The translations under genes were made by a program, and so were the position numbers. From Bacteroidales bacterium (GTDB taxonomy: Bacteria > Bacteroidota > Bacteroidia > Bacteroidales > 4484-276), in assembly GCA_029934065.1 (NCBI GenBank), contig JAOZMX010000001.1, positions 2,305 to 66,304 on the forward strand: a stretch of 64,000 nucleotides of DNA. Direction: 5' to 3'. This document shows, piece after piece, positions 27,438 to 37,466 of this stretch. The notes beneath the pieces are model-generated. The model was not told where the DNA came from. It saw only the letters and a list, made by a program, of their open reading frames with translations, and ran no database searches. How positions within the stretch are numbered: the first letter of the stretch is position 1; every line of letters begins with the position of its first letter.

Positions 27438-29897
27438 TTACCCGAAAATTTTCTTGAAAGCGGTTTTCTTTCCGGATTCTTCATCATCGGTATAATAGCC
27501 GTAGCCATATCCGTACCCGTATCCGTAGCCATATCCGTACCCGTATCCGTAGCCATATCCATAGCCATATCCGTACCCGTAAGAACCGCTACCGAGTTTC
27601 ACATCATTGATCATAATGTAGAAATTGGGAAGTTTCCGGTTTTCGATGTCTTTGATGATGGATTCGAAAACTTTTTTGTGGGTATAATTCTGCCGTACGA
27701 GGAAAAGGTTCGCGTCGGCATGTTTCATCAGCAGGAAGGCATCGGTGACAAGCCCTACCGGCGGTGTGTCGATGATGATAAAATCGTAGGTCTCCTTGAG
27801 TTTCGAGATCAGTTCATCCGTTTTATCCGAGGCGATCAACTCTGCCGGATTGGGAGGTACCGGGCCGGCCATGATGATGTCCAGATTTTTCACCGGCGAC
27901 ACCTGAATAATGTCTTCAAGCGAACTTTTGTTGATCAGGTAAGAACTGATCCCTTCGGTGTTGGTGAGGCCGAAATCCTGATAAATCTTCGGTTTACGCA
28001 GGTCGAAACCGAGCAACAACGTCCTCTTTCCGTACATTGCATAAATGCACGCCAGATTGATGGAAACGAATGTTTTTCCAGCTCCCACCATGTCGGAAGT
28101 AACAAGGATGGTTTGTTTGTCTTTTCCTTTGGTAAGGTATTGAAGATTCGTACGGATGGATCTGAACGACTCGGCAATGGAAGACTTGGGGCTGTCGGCA
28201 ACCACCAGTGTTTTTTCTTTGTTGTTGTGGATCACATGACCAACGATGGGAATGTTGGTTATCTTTTCAATCTCCCGTTTTTCGATGATCTTGTCATTAA
28301 AATACTCTTTGGCAAAAATGTAAGCAATGGGCAATACAAGTCCGAGCACCAGAGCAATCAGATAATTGAGGCTTTTTTTCGGGAAAACGGGTTTTTCGTT
28401 TTCTCTCGCTTTGTCCACGATTTCGTTTTCAGGAAGATTGGATGCTTTGGCAATCTGGGCTTCCGAACGCTTTTGCAACAGGAATGTATAGATGGCATCG
28501 TTGAGCTTGAATTTTCGTTCGATACCGAACAGCAACCTTTGTGTCTGCGGTAATTTGTTGATCTTTTGCTCCAGTTTTTTTATCCGGCCGTCAATATCCT
28601 GAATTGAAATCTTGGATGTCTTGACAATGTTTTGGATGTTTTCGAGGATTGTATTTTTTACCGTGGCAATTCGCTGGTCAATGGCAGCTACCATGGGATT
28701 TTTTTCCGAAGAATTAAAAAGCAGATCGGCCCGTTCAGCGTAAAGGTCGGCCAGACCAGAAATAAGTTGCGATAACAGCGGGTCTTCAATTCCCATTGAC
28801 GAGGGGATAACGATATCGTCAATGCTTTTGCGATTCTTCTCAAGGTAATCCTGCAAATTTTTGTAATATTTTGCTTTCACGATCAACTGGGCCTTTTCAT
28901 CCTGAAGCTCTTTCATGGTTTCAAAAACCTGCTGTGCCTGAAAGTCGAGATTCATCACCTCGTTGTTCATCCTGAAATTTTGAAGTTTCGTTTCCGTAAA
29001 ATTCAGCGAATCGGTGATGTCAACAAGCTCCGAATCGATGAACTTGATGGTATTTTCGGCGATTTGGTTTTTCTTTTCAATACCACGGTACAAATACTCT
29101 TCGGTAAGCTTGTTGAGGTAGTCGGTGAGTTTTTTGGAATTGGCCCCCCTGAGGGAAATCTCGACGATGGAAGCATCACGGTTGATGGGTTCGATCTTCA
29201 GACCGCTAAACTGCGATACCAGACTCTTAAAATCATTGAAAGAAAAAGATAAGGTCTTATTGATGAACTCGGATTTAAAATTTTCGTTGAGCAGAAGTTT
29301 GAATTTGTAATTGTCCGATTCGATCTCTTCGCCGAATCTTACTTTTTTGTTGAGGAAAAAATTCTCTACTTCTTCGCCATCTTCACGCTTTTTAAAATCA
29401 TAGAGTGTGATCTTTTCCACCTGCGCTTCGATGCGGTATTCCGAATTGGAAAGGATGATCACATTGAATTTGATGTTTTTCGGCTGTACGTGGTTCGTAT
29501 CAAAAACGACCTCAAACGGAGAGTCTTTGTAAAGCTCTTTGGTGATGAAGTTTTCTTCCTGAAAATAGGATACTTCGAAATTGAGTTTTTTAATGGTACG
29601 TGTCGTCAGGCTGTAGGATTTCAGGATGCCGATCTCGTTTTCAAGATTTTGCTGGCTGTTCATAATACCGATCCCGATAAGGTTTTGCCCCGCTTTGTCG
29701 TCTTTGATCAACACCGTGGTTTTGACTTCATAAACCGGCTTGGTGTATTTATTGAACAGAAAAGCAATGAGCAAAGCAACAAACACCGATAAAGCAAACA
29801 AGTACCAAAACCTGAAAAATTTGAAGAACATGGCCTTAAGGTCAACCGATTCTTCCTGTTGAATGTTCTGAATGTTATTATAGTTGTTATTTTCCAC
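27438..29897 (-). CDS. wzc: polysaccharide co-polymerase / BY-type tyrosine autokinase (Wzc/GumC family)
   Basis: 819 aa with an N-terminal Wzz chain-length domain (two TM segments), Walker A (SDMVGAGKTF), Walker A' and B (IIIDTPP), and a C-terminal Tyr cluster. Confidence 0.9.
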   Translation of the reverse strand: MENNNYNNIQNIQQEESVDLKAMFFKFFRFWYLFALSVFVALLIAFLFNKYTKPVYEVKTTVLIKDDKAGQNLIGIGIMNSQQNLENEIGILKSYSLTTRTIKKLNFEVSYFQEENFITKELYKDSPFEVVFDTNHVQPKNIKFNVIILSNSEYRIEAQVEKITLYDFKKREDGEEVENFFLNKKVRFGEEIESDNYKFKLLLNENFKSEFINKTLSFSFNDFKSLVSQFSGLKIEPINRDASIVEISLRGANSKKLTDYLNKLTEEYLYRGIEKKNQIAENTIKFIDSELVDITDSLNFTETKLQNFRMNNEVMNLDFQAQQVFETMKELQDEKAQLIVKAKYYKNLQDYLEKNRKSIDDIVIPSSMGIEDPLLSQLISGLADLYAERADLLFNSSEKNPMVAAIDQRIATVKNTILENIQNIVKTSKISIQDIDGRIKKLEQKINKLPQTQRLLFGIERKFKLNDAIYTFLLQKRSEAQIAKASNLPENEIVDKARENEKPVFPKKSLNYLIALVLGLVLPIAYIFAKEYFNDKIIEKREIEKITNIPIVGHVIHNNKEKTLVVADSPKSSIAESFRSIRTNLQYLTKGKDKQTILVTSDMVGAGKTFVSINLACIYAMYGKRTLLLGFDLRKPKIYQDFGLTNTEGISSYLINKSSLEDIIQVSPVKNLDIIMAGPVPPNPAELIASDKTDELISKLKETYDFIIIDTPPVGLVTDAFLLMKHADANLFLVRQNYTHKKVFESIIKDIENRKLPNFYIMINDVKLGSGSYGYGYGYGYGYGYGYGYGYGYGYGYGYGYYTDDEESGKKTAFKKIFG
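27492..27581 (-). repeat. coding tandem repeat giving a (Gly-Tyr)n tail: 16 Tyr and 14 Gly codons
   Basis: The 24-nt unit GTAGCCATATCCGTACCCGTATCC is perfect at 27501-27524 and 27525-27548 and is followed by a variant partial copy. It encodes SYGYGYGY...GYY. Confidence 0.9.
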
Positions 29898-29905
29898 TTT
29901 TCGTA

Positions 29906-30706
29906 TTAATTGTTTTTAAAGAAATTGATTAATAGTAACGCGGTTGTGATGGTGGTAAAGATCAGCGCATAAGGGAAGTTTGCAAAAGCAAAGTTCTTTC
30001 CTCCTACCGGTGGAACATACAACACATCGTTGGGCTGAATGAAATAGTATTCCGATTCGAGAATACTGATGTCATTCAGATCAAGCTGTTTGACCTTTGA
30101 GCCTCCGGGCGTTTTTCGTATCAGGTAAACCTTGTTCCGTTTGGCAAACTGCGTCATGTCGCCGGCCATCGAAATCAGTTCGAAAATATTCAGTTTGTTG
30201 CGGTAGATGTTCACCGTTCCGGGTCTGTTAACTTCACCGATTACCGTTACCTTGAAAATGGCCAGTTTAACGATGACAGTTGTCTCTTTCAGGTATTCGT
30301 CAACAATACTTTGAATAAGATCCTTAGCTTGTTCGAGGGTCAACTCTTTAACATAAATTTTGCCGACGAACGGAAAATCAACATAACCCGAATCGCTTAC
30401 CGTATAACTGTTGAGGTAAATCCCGGCATCATTATAATAATTGGAACTTCTATAAACATCTTCCTGGGTGAAAAAATTCTCGGATTTCGAAAGGGCGCTG
30501 TTTACCACAATATAAAGGTTGTCACCGGCTTGTATTTTATAAGTTTCAACATTATCATTGATGAAATTTGTTTTCAGGCTGTCTTTTTTATCCACTTCCT
30601 GCTGCAGGTATTCTATTCGTTTCATGGGGACGCACGAAGAGAAAATAATCGCACCGACAGCAAAGATCATGGCCAATCGTGTCAGCAAAAGTAATCTGTT
30701 CTTCAT
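29906..30706 (-). CDS. wza: Wza-like polysaccharide export outer-membrane lipoprotein
   Basis: 266 aa with a lipobox (IFSSC), a Poly_export-type motif (YKIQAGDNLYIVV) and an SLBB-like segment (VTVIGEVNRPG). It lies directly upstream of wzc. Confidence 0.85.
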   Translation of the reverse strand: MKNRLLLLTRLAMIFAVGAIIFSSCVPMKRIEYLQQEVDKKDSLKTNFINDNVETYKIQAGDNLYIVVNSALSKSENFFTQEDVYRSSNYYNDAGIYLNSYTVSDSGYVDFPFVGKIYVKELTLEQAKDLIQSIVDEYLKETTVIVKLAIFKVTVIGEVNRPGTVNIYRNKLNIFELISMAGDMTQFAKRNKVYLIRKTPGGSKVKQLDLNDISILESEYYFIQPNDVLYVPPVGGKNFAFANFPYALIFTTITTALLLINFFKNN

Positions 30707-30892
30707 TTAACCAATTTTTTTGATTTGTTAGTCATTTTAAAACCCAGACCAAAATTTTTAAGAGCGCAAAAATAGTTTAAATTACGAAAATCCAGAATTT
30801 TTTTTTTCACTTTTACGTAAAAATGAGCCTGTTTGAATGGATGAAAACAACGCTCCTTCATTGCGTTTTGAAAGTATTTATTGTCAAAGGCG

Positions 30893-30924
30893 TTGACTTT
30901 CAAATTTTAATTGTTATACCTTTG
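30893..30924 (+). promoter_or_regulatory. topA promoter (TTG -33 element plus TAccTTTG -7 box)
   Basis: TTG at 30893-30895 and TACCTTTG at 30917-30924 are spaced ~21 nt apart. The ATG is at 30960. Confidence 0.55.
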
Positions 30925-30959
30925 CCGCGATTTTTAAACCAATTCAAGAGGAGTAAATT

Positions 30960-33308
30960 ATGGCTAAAAACCTTGTTATTGTTGAGTCTCCGGCAAAAGC
31001 CAAAACCATTGAGCGATTTCTCGGCAGCGATTTTACCGTAAAATCCAGTTTCGGGCATGTCAGGGATTTGTCAAAAAAACAACTTGGTGTTGATATCGAA
31101 AAAGGGTTTAAACCCAACTATATTGTTTCGGACGATAAAAAGAAAGTGATCGCCGATCTGAAGAAATCTGCCAAAGGAGCCGAAACGGTTTGGCTTGCAA
31201 CGGATGAAGACCGCGAAGGAGAAGCCATATCATGGCATTTGTTCGAAACCTTAAAGCTGAATGAGGAACAAACCAAACGGATTGTTTTTCACGAGATCAC
31301 AAAAACCGCCATTCAGGAGGCGATCAAAACCCCGAGAAGCATTGATCTGAACCTTGTGGATGCCCAGCAGGCACGCCGTGTGCTCGACAGGCTGGTGGGT
31401 TTTGAACTCTCGCCGGTGCTGTGGCGCAAGGTGAAACCGGCTCTTTCGGCCGGCCGCGTTCAGTCGGTTGCCGTAAGGTTGATCGTCGAAAGGGAAGAGG
31501 AGATCAAAAACTTTAAGATCACCCCGTTCTATCGTGTTTCCGCTTTGTTTGAGATCAACGAAAACGGAAAAATAACAGAGCTGAAGGCCGAATTGCCTTC
31601 CCGGTTCAAGTCGAAAGAACAGGCCGTGGCATTTCTGAACAAATGCATCGGTGCCGAATATACCGTCAGCAAGATAGAGAAAAAACCGGCAGAGAAAAAA
31701 CCGGCGCCTCCGTTCACCACTTCAACCCTGCAACAGGAGGCCAGTCGCAAACTGGGCTTTTCGGTGTCGAAAACAATGCTCATTGCCCAGCAGCTTTACG
31801 AATCGGGTAAGATAACCTACATGAGAACCGACTCGGTGAACCTGTCGAACCTGGCGCTCGGAATGGCCAAAAAAGAGATCATCGACAATTTCGGAGAAGA
31901 TTACTATCAGTTCCGGCAATATAAAACTTCCGCCAAAGGCGCACAGGAAGCACACGAAGCCATCAGACCCACTTATATCGACAAACAGGAGATATCAGGC
32001 ACGGCAGACCAGAAAAAACTTTACAACCTGATCTGGAAACGTACGGTGGCTTCACAGATGAGCAATGCCAGACTGGAAAAGACCACGGTTACCATTGATA
32101 TTTCCAAAAAAGCGAACACTTTAATTGATATTTCCAAAACCAAAGAAAAATTCGTTGCCAAAGGCGAAGTGCTGTTATTTGACGGATTTCTGAAACTCTA
32201 CCTCGAATCATTGGATGATGAAGATCAGGAAGAAAAAAGCGGTGTGCTCCCTCCGTTGACGATCGGGCAAAAATTGCCGTTGATAAAGATGGAGGCCGTG
32301 GAACGGTTTACCCAACCGCCCATACGCTATAACGAAGCCACGTTGGTAAAAAAGCTTGAAGAGCTCGGTATCGGACGGCCTTCAACTTATGCCCCCATCA
32401 TTTCAACCATTCAAAAACGGGAATACGTTACCAAGGAAGACCGTCCCGGACAAGAGAGGAATTATCAGGTGATCGAACTGAAAAACGATGCGATCAAAGA
32501 ATCGGTGAAGAAAGAGAAAACCGGCCAGATCAAAGGAAAGCTTGTTCCCACGGATATCGGAATCATCGTCAACCGGTTTCTGATCCAACATTTCGACAAC
32601 ATCATGGATTACAACTTCACGGCCAAGGTTGAAAAAGAGTTTGATGAAATTGCCATGGGACGGAAAGTTTGGAATGAGATGATCAGGGAGTTTTACGGCC
32701 CGTTTCACGAAAGGGTTGAAAATACCATCAAAACCAGCGAAAAGTTCAGCGGGGCAAAGTTGCTCGGTCAGGAGCCCGAAACGGGAAAAAACGTTTTCGT
32801 GAAAATCGGTCGTTTTGGCCCGATGGTACAGATCGGTGACACGGAGAGTGAGGAAAAACCACGGTTTGCTGCCTTAAAAAAAGGGCAAACCATGGAAAGC
32901 ATTACCTTGCAGGATGCCCTCGACCTGTTCAAGTTTCCACGCAATGTCGGTACATACGAGGGTGGAGAGCTCACCGTTGCCATCGGTCGGTTTGGCCCTT
33001 ATGTACGCCATCAAAACAAGTTCTATTCGTTGGGCAAGAACGACGATCCGTTGACCATTGATGAGACCCGTGCCATTGAGATCATCGAGGAAAAACGAAA
33101 AAAAGACCGCGAAAAGATCATTAAAACCTTTGAAGAAAACAAAGAGGTGCAGGTGCTGAACGGCAGGTGGGGGCCTTACATTTCCATCGGAAAGAAAAAT
33201 TATAAAATCCCCAAAGGTACCGAACCGAAAAGCCTGACCCTGGAAGATTGCCTGAAAATAGCAGCCGAGGGGGATAAAAAACCGGCAAAATCACGCAGAA
33301 GAAAATGA
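30960..33308 (+). CDS. topA: DNA topoisomerase I
   Basis: 782 aa with a Toprim N-terminus (LVIVESPAKAKTIERFLG, ATDEDREGEAI), an active-site region (ITYMRTDS), and C-terminal repeated GRFGPY-type motifs. Confidence 0.95.
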   Translation: MAKNLVIVESPAKAKTIERFLGSDFTVKSSFGHVRDLSKKQLGVDIEKGFKPNYIVSDDKKKVIADLKKSAKGAETVWLATDEDREGEAISWHLFETLKLNEEQTKRIVFHEITKTAIQEAIKTPRSIDLNLVDAQQARRVLDRLVGFELSPVLWRKVKPALSAGRVQSVAVRLIVEREEEIKNFKITPFYRVSALFEINENGKITELKAELPSRFKSKEQAVAFLNKCIGAEYTVSKIEKKPAEKKPAPPFTTSTLQQEASRKLGFSVSKTMLIAQQLYESGKITYMRTDSVNLSNLALGMAKKEIIDNFGEDYYQFRQYKTSAKGAQEAHEAIRPTYIDKQEISGTADQKKLYNLIWKRTVASQMSNARLEKTTVTIDISKKANTLIDISKTKEKFVAKGEVLLFDGFLKLYLESLDDEDQEEKSGVLPPLTIGQKLPLIKMEAVERFTQPPIRYNEATLVKKLEELGIGRPSTYAPIISTIQKREYVTKEDRPGQERNYQVIELKNDAIKESVKKEKTGQIKGKLVPTDIGIIVNRFLIQHFDNIMDYNFTAKVEKEFDEIAMGRKVWNEMIREFYGPFHERVENTIKTSEKFSGAKLLGQEPETGKNVFVKIGRFGPMVQIGDTESEEKPRFAALKKGQTMESITLQDALDLFKFPRNVGTYEGGELTVAIGRFGPYVRHQNKFYSLGKNDDPLTIDETRAIEIIEEKRKKDREKIIKTFEENKEVQVLNGRWGPYISIGKKNYKIPKGTEPKSLTLEDCLKIAAEGDKKPAKSRRRK

Positions 33309-34483
33309 TCGAATTTGGATTGTATCTCGAGCCGGTTGATTCTTCGAAAATTGATTTTACTCCGTCGGCGGAAGGCAGTCGCATGGGTGACGGAATAAAG
33401 TGCTATGATGACGGGGAAAATATTTCCGTGGAAGAATATGAAATCGCCATTGTGGGAGTGCCCGAAGATCGCAATGCCATTGATAACAACGGCTGTGCCC
33501 TTGCACCCGCAGAGGTCAGGAAATATTTTTACCGGCTGTTCCGCAACGGGAATGCGATCAGGATCATCGATCTTGGCGACATCAGGCCGGGCAATGAGGT
33601 CAACGACACCTATTTTGCATTGAAGGAAGTGCTGACGGGGTTGCTAAAGGCGCATGTCGTTCCTGTGGTCATCGGCGGAAGCCACGATTTGATGTATGCC
33701 GTTTATCAGGCTTATGCCGCCATGGAGAGGATCATCAACATGGTGAACATCGACGCAAGGTTTGATCTTGCCAAAAGTGATGAGCAGTTACATTCCGGGT
33801 CGTATCTCTCGCGGATCGTTTTGCACAAACCCAATTTTCTGTTCAATTTTGCCAACCTGGGATATCAAACCTATTTTGTTGACCCCGGGGCGATTCATTT
33901 AATGGATAAACTTTTTTTTGATATTCACCGGTTGGGCGTGGTTCGCGACAATCCGGAAGATGCCGAGCCCGTGCTGCGGAATGCGGATACGGTTGGTTTT
34001 GATATCGGTGCGGTGCGTCAGTCGGATGCGCCGGGAAACGAAAACGCTTCGCCCAACGGATTTTATGGTGAAGAAGCATGCCTGCTGATGCGATATGCCG
34101 GATTGAGCGAAAAAGTAAGTTCGCTGGGTTTGTTCGAAATCAACCCCAAATACGACCGCAACGGCCAAACCGCCCAGCTTGCCGCACAGATGCTTTGGTA
34201 TTTTCTCGACGGTTTCGCCTCCCGCAGAAGCGATTTTCCCGGAAGCAACAACGATCAATTCATCAAATATCATGTGAGTATCAAAGGATATTCGGACGAT
34301 GTTGTTTTTTACAAAAGCAAAATTACCGACCGCTGGTGGATCGAGATCCGTGTGAATGATGACGAAAAACAAAACAAATATGAACGGCATTTGATGGTGC
34401 CGTGTTCGTACAGCGATTATCAGGCTGCATGCAATAACGAAATTCCGGATTGCTGGTGGAAAACTTATCAAAAACTCATGTAA
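33305..34483 (+). CDS. arginase/formimidoylglutamase-fold protein with atypical metal-site motifs
   Basis: 392 aa with ureohydrolase-like blocks (VVIGGSHDL, NIDARFDL, GFDIGAVRQSDAPG). The start overlaps the topA stop (ATGA). Confidence 0.65.
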   Translation: MIEFGLYLEPVDSSKIDFTPSAEGSRMGDGIKCYDDGENISVEEYEIAIVGVPEDRNAIDNNGCALAPAEVRKYFYRLFRNGNAIRIIDLGDIRPGNEVNDTYFALKEVLTGLLKAHVVPVVIGGSHDLMYAVYQAYAAMERIINMVNIDARFDLAKSDEQLHSGSYLSRIVLHKPNFLFNFANLGYQTYFVDPGAIHLMDKLFFDIHRLGVVRDNPEDAEPVLRNADTVGFDIGAVRQSDAPGNENASPNGFYGEEACLLMRYAGLSEKVSSLGLFEINPKYDRNGQTAQLAAQMLWYFLDGFASRRSDFPGSNNDQFIKYHVSIKGYSDDVVFYKSKITDRWWIEIRVNDDEKQNKYERHLMVPCSYSDYQAACNNEIPDCWWKTYQKLM

Positions 34484-34678
34484 TCTTCCGTGGCTCAACC
34501 CGCTCTGCTCCGGAAGATTGATGAAAATCATAACGGTTGGCGCACTATTTTTCAACTTTTTTCGATTTATCTTTATACAGTCGGCAAATCCAACGTTTCA
34601 ATCAATATTAAAAATTAAAATAATTCAACACAAAAAAACTCTTAACGCTTAACTCTTAACCCATAACGCAAAACAACA

Positions 34679-35743
34679 ATGAAAATAGCATCCCTTGTTT
34701 CAGGCGGAGTTGACAGCTCGGTTACGGTTCATCTGCTGAAAGAGCAGGGATTCGATCCGCACATTTTCTATATCAAAATCGGGCTTGAGGACGATCCCGC
34801 CTGGGTGAGCTGCCCTGCCGACGAAGATATTGAGATCACCACATGGATCGCCAAAAAATACGGATGCAAATTTGATGTCATTTCTTTACAGGAAGAATAC
34901 TGGGACAGGGTGATCAGCTATACCATCGAATCGGTAAGGAAAGGGTTGACCCCCAACCCCGATGTGATGTGCAACAAGATGATCAAGTTCGGTGCTTTTG
35001 AAGAAAAATACGGCAAGGATTTCGATCTGATCTCCACGGGGCATTATGCCACGACACTGGTAAAGAACGGGGTGAAATACCTGGGAACGGCCAAAGACGG
35101 ATTCAAGGATCAGACATATTTTCTGGGACAAATTTCGCAACAGCAACTCAACAAACTTGTTTTTCCCATCGGCGGGATGCTGAAGAAAGAGGTGCGCGAA
35201 CTGGCTGCAGAGATCAGATTGCCGTCGGCGGCACGCAAGGACAGTCAGGGAATTTGTTTTCTCGGAAAGATCAACTACAACGATTTTATCCGTCGTTATG
35301 TGGGTGAACGAACCGGCAGGATCGTGGAATTTGAAACGGGGAAAACACTGGGCAAGCATCACGGGGTTTGGTTCCATACCATCGGCCAGCGCAAAGGGCT
35401 CGGCCTGAGTCAGGGGCCTTGGTTCGTTGTTGATAAGGATACCGAAAGAAATATCGTGTATGTTTCAAACGGTTACGATCCCATAACGCAATACAAGGAT
35501 CAAATCAAACTTTCGCATTTTCATTTTATCAACGGCCAGCCCGACAGGGATTATTCGGTCAAACAGCCGGTAAAGTTCAAGATCAGACATCAGCCCGAGT
35601 TCAACACCGGGTTTTTGCAGCGTCGTGAGGATCATTATCTGCTCACGGCCGACAAAGCCGTTTCGGGTGTTGCTCCCGGACAATTCGGTGTGATCTACCT
35701 TCCCGATCAGTCGGTGTGCCTCGGAAGCGGTGTAATTTCATGA
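34679..35743 (+). CDS. mnmA: tRNA 2-thiouridine(34) synthase
   Basis: 354 aa with the PP-loop (SGGVDSSV), catalytic Cys contexts (NPDVMCN, DSQGICF) and a DQTYFL motif. Confidence 0.95.
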   Translation: MKIASLVSGGVDSSVTVHLLKEQGFDPHIFYIKIGLEDDPAWVSCPADEDIEITTWIAKKYGCKFDVISLQEEYWDRVISYTIESVRKGLTPNPDVMCNKMIKFGAFEEKYGKDFDLISTGHYATTLVKNGVKYLGTAKDGFKDQTYFLGQISQQQLNKLVFPIGGMLKKEVRELAAEIRLPSAARKDSQGICFLGKINYNDFIRRYVGERTGRIVEFETGKTLGKHHGVWFHTIGQRKGLGLSQGPWFVVDKDTERNIVYVSNGYDPITQYKDQIKLSHFHFINGQPDRDYSVKQPVKFKIRHQPEFNTGFLQRREDHYLLTADKAVSGVAPGQFGVIYLPDQSVCLGSGVIS

Positions 35744-35744
35744 T

Positions 35745-36728
35745 ATGTTTCGAGCCAAAATAAGATTCGGTAAAACAATTTTTCGTCGGTTACCGGGATT
35801 TTATCCCGCAATGTTGTTGTTGCTTGTGGCGGTTTTGTTTTTTGCGGCTTGTCGAAAAGATGACCCGCCCGCAGGAAATTCCGGAGACCTGAAATTTTGC
35901 GGTGTCTGGTCGGGAAATACGGGAGAGGGCTTACTGGTTACTTTTTTCGTTGATACCATTGACAACCGTGCGATGATCAAAAAATACATCGTCAATTATT
36001 ACCAAAACGGAGCAAAGTACAGCCGGATTGAAAAAATCGAATCGGGAATTACCGCCATCGAAAACGGCGATTTTTTGATTGACCTTGGCTCGGGCGATGT
36101 TATTAACGGAATGTTTGGCGACAAGAATTTGCTTTCCGGCGATTTTTTGATCCATAACAAACGAATTGTTTTTTCATGCACCAACGAGGCGGAACAAGTT
36201 ACAATAAATTCCATCAGCCAGACAAGGTTTCGTTTCAAAAAGGAGGATTATCTGTACAGGGAAGATCAGCACAAGATACTGATGCGGATGGAAGAACACC
36301 TTACATTTTTCCATCGAAAATATTTCAAATCTTCATTGAAACTCAATTATCCCTTCCAGGATACCCTGAAACTGATAAAGATCACCAAAGGACGCCTGAC
36401 GGATATCTGGAACGAGGATGCTTTTCTTCAATTTTTTACTCCGGGTAAACGGAATTATTCCATTGGCGGAAGAAACGGCGTGGAGATTTCGATTTACGAT
36501 ACCATCAACGGATTGAAGAAATACTCCACCTCATTCGGGAGTGGAAATCAACAGGGAAGCACCTTCGAGATCATTCAAACGCAAAAGCTCGAAAACGACC
36601 TCAACGGGATTGTGATCGTCAAACTCATTGCCCGGTTTGGTTGCATGATGTACGATATGCAGGGAAATGCCGCCCCGCTGACAGACGGGATTTATGTCGG
36701 CCTGTTTCGGGAGCATTTGCAAAAATAA
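35745..36728 (+). CDS. lipoprotein of unknown function
   Basis: 327 aa with a lipobox (LFFAAC). It starts 1 nt after the mnmA stop. I recognise no domain. Confidence 0.5.
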   Translation: MFRAKIRFGKTIFRRLPGFYPAMLLLLVAVLFFAACRKDDPPAGNSGDLKFCGVWSGNTGEGLLVTFFVDTIDNRAMIKKYIVNYYQNGAKYSRIEKIESGITAIENGDFLIDLGSGDVINGMFGDKNLLSGDFLIHNKRIVFSCTNEAEQVTINSISQTRFRFKKEDYLYREDQHKILMRMEEHLTFFHRKYFKSSLKLNYPFQDTLKLIKITKGRLTDIWNEDAFLQFFTPGKRNYSIGGRNGVEISIYDTINGLKKYSTSFGSGNQQGSTFEIIQTQKLENDLNGIVIVKLIARFGCMMYDMQGNAAPLTDGIYVGLFREHLQK

Positions 36729-36753
36729 CAGGCACTGTGAGATGCAATCGGTG

Positions 36754-37455
36754 TTAGTTTAAAATTTCGAGTTTAAATCCCATTCCGTGGACATTGATAA
36801 TGGAGATGGAGGGGTCGTCCCGGAGGTATTTGCGCAGTTTGGTGATAAAAACATCCATGCTGCGGCCGGCAAAATAGCCCGTGTCGCCCCATACTTTTTT
36901 GAGGGCTGTATCGCGTGGCAACAAACGATTTTTGTGTTCACACAATATCTTCAGCAAAGCTGCTTCTTTTGGTGTGAGGCGTGTTTTGCCGAATTCGGAA
37001 GTGAGCAGCAGGTTGGCGGTGTCGAAGTTGTAAATCCCAAGCCGGTATGCGTTGCCCTGCATTTCGTGCGAGGGTTTTGACATCAGACACCTTCTGAGTA
37101 TTGCTTTGATGCGCAAATTCAACTCTTCGGTACTGAAAGGTTTGGTGATGTAATCGTCGCAACCCATCTGAAACCCTTTGATGCGGTCTTGTTCTAGCGA
37201 TTTGGCCGTCAGAAAGATGAGCGCAATGTCGGAGTTGTGATCCCTGATGTGCTTTGCCAGAGTGAATCCGTCCATTCCCGGTAACATCACATCCAGAATG
37301 CAGAGGTCGAAAGATTGTTTTTTAAATTGTTCCAGACCCTCTGTTCCGTTGCAACTCAGTTCAACTTCGTATCCGATCAAAGCCAGATAATCAGACAACA
37401 CCACACTCAGATTCGGATCGTCTTCTACCAGTAGTATTTTGATTTTTTGTGGCAT
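36754..37455 (-). CDS. OmpR/PhoB-family response regulator
   Basis: Has a receiver domain (ILLVEDDPNL, DLCILDVMLPGMDG, LTAK) and a winged-helix C-terminus (LTPKEAALLKIL...VHGMGFKL). Confidence 0.9.
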   Translation of the reverse strand: MPQKIKILLVEDDPNLSVVLSDYLALIGYEVELSCNGTEGLEQFKKQSFDLCILDVMLPGMDGFTLAKHIRDHNSDIALIFLTAKSLEQDRIKGFQMGCDDYITKPFSTEELNLRIKAILRRCLMSKPSHEMQGNAYRLGIYNFDTANLLLTSEFGKTRLTPKEAALLKILCEHKNRLLPRDTALKKVWGDTGYFAGRSMDVFITKLRKYLRDDPSISIINVHGMGFKLEILN

Positions 37456-37466
37456 AAGTGATGTTT

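Noticed and set aside
34639-34669. A triple CTTAAC repeat (CTCTTAACGCTTAACTCTTAACCCATAACGC) just upstream of mnmA.
   Set aside because: It is very short, with no dyad symmetry and no candidate regulator nearby. It could be chance in an AT-rich leader. It is noted only as a possible protein-binding iteron.
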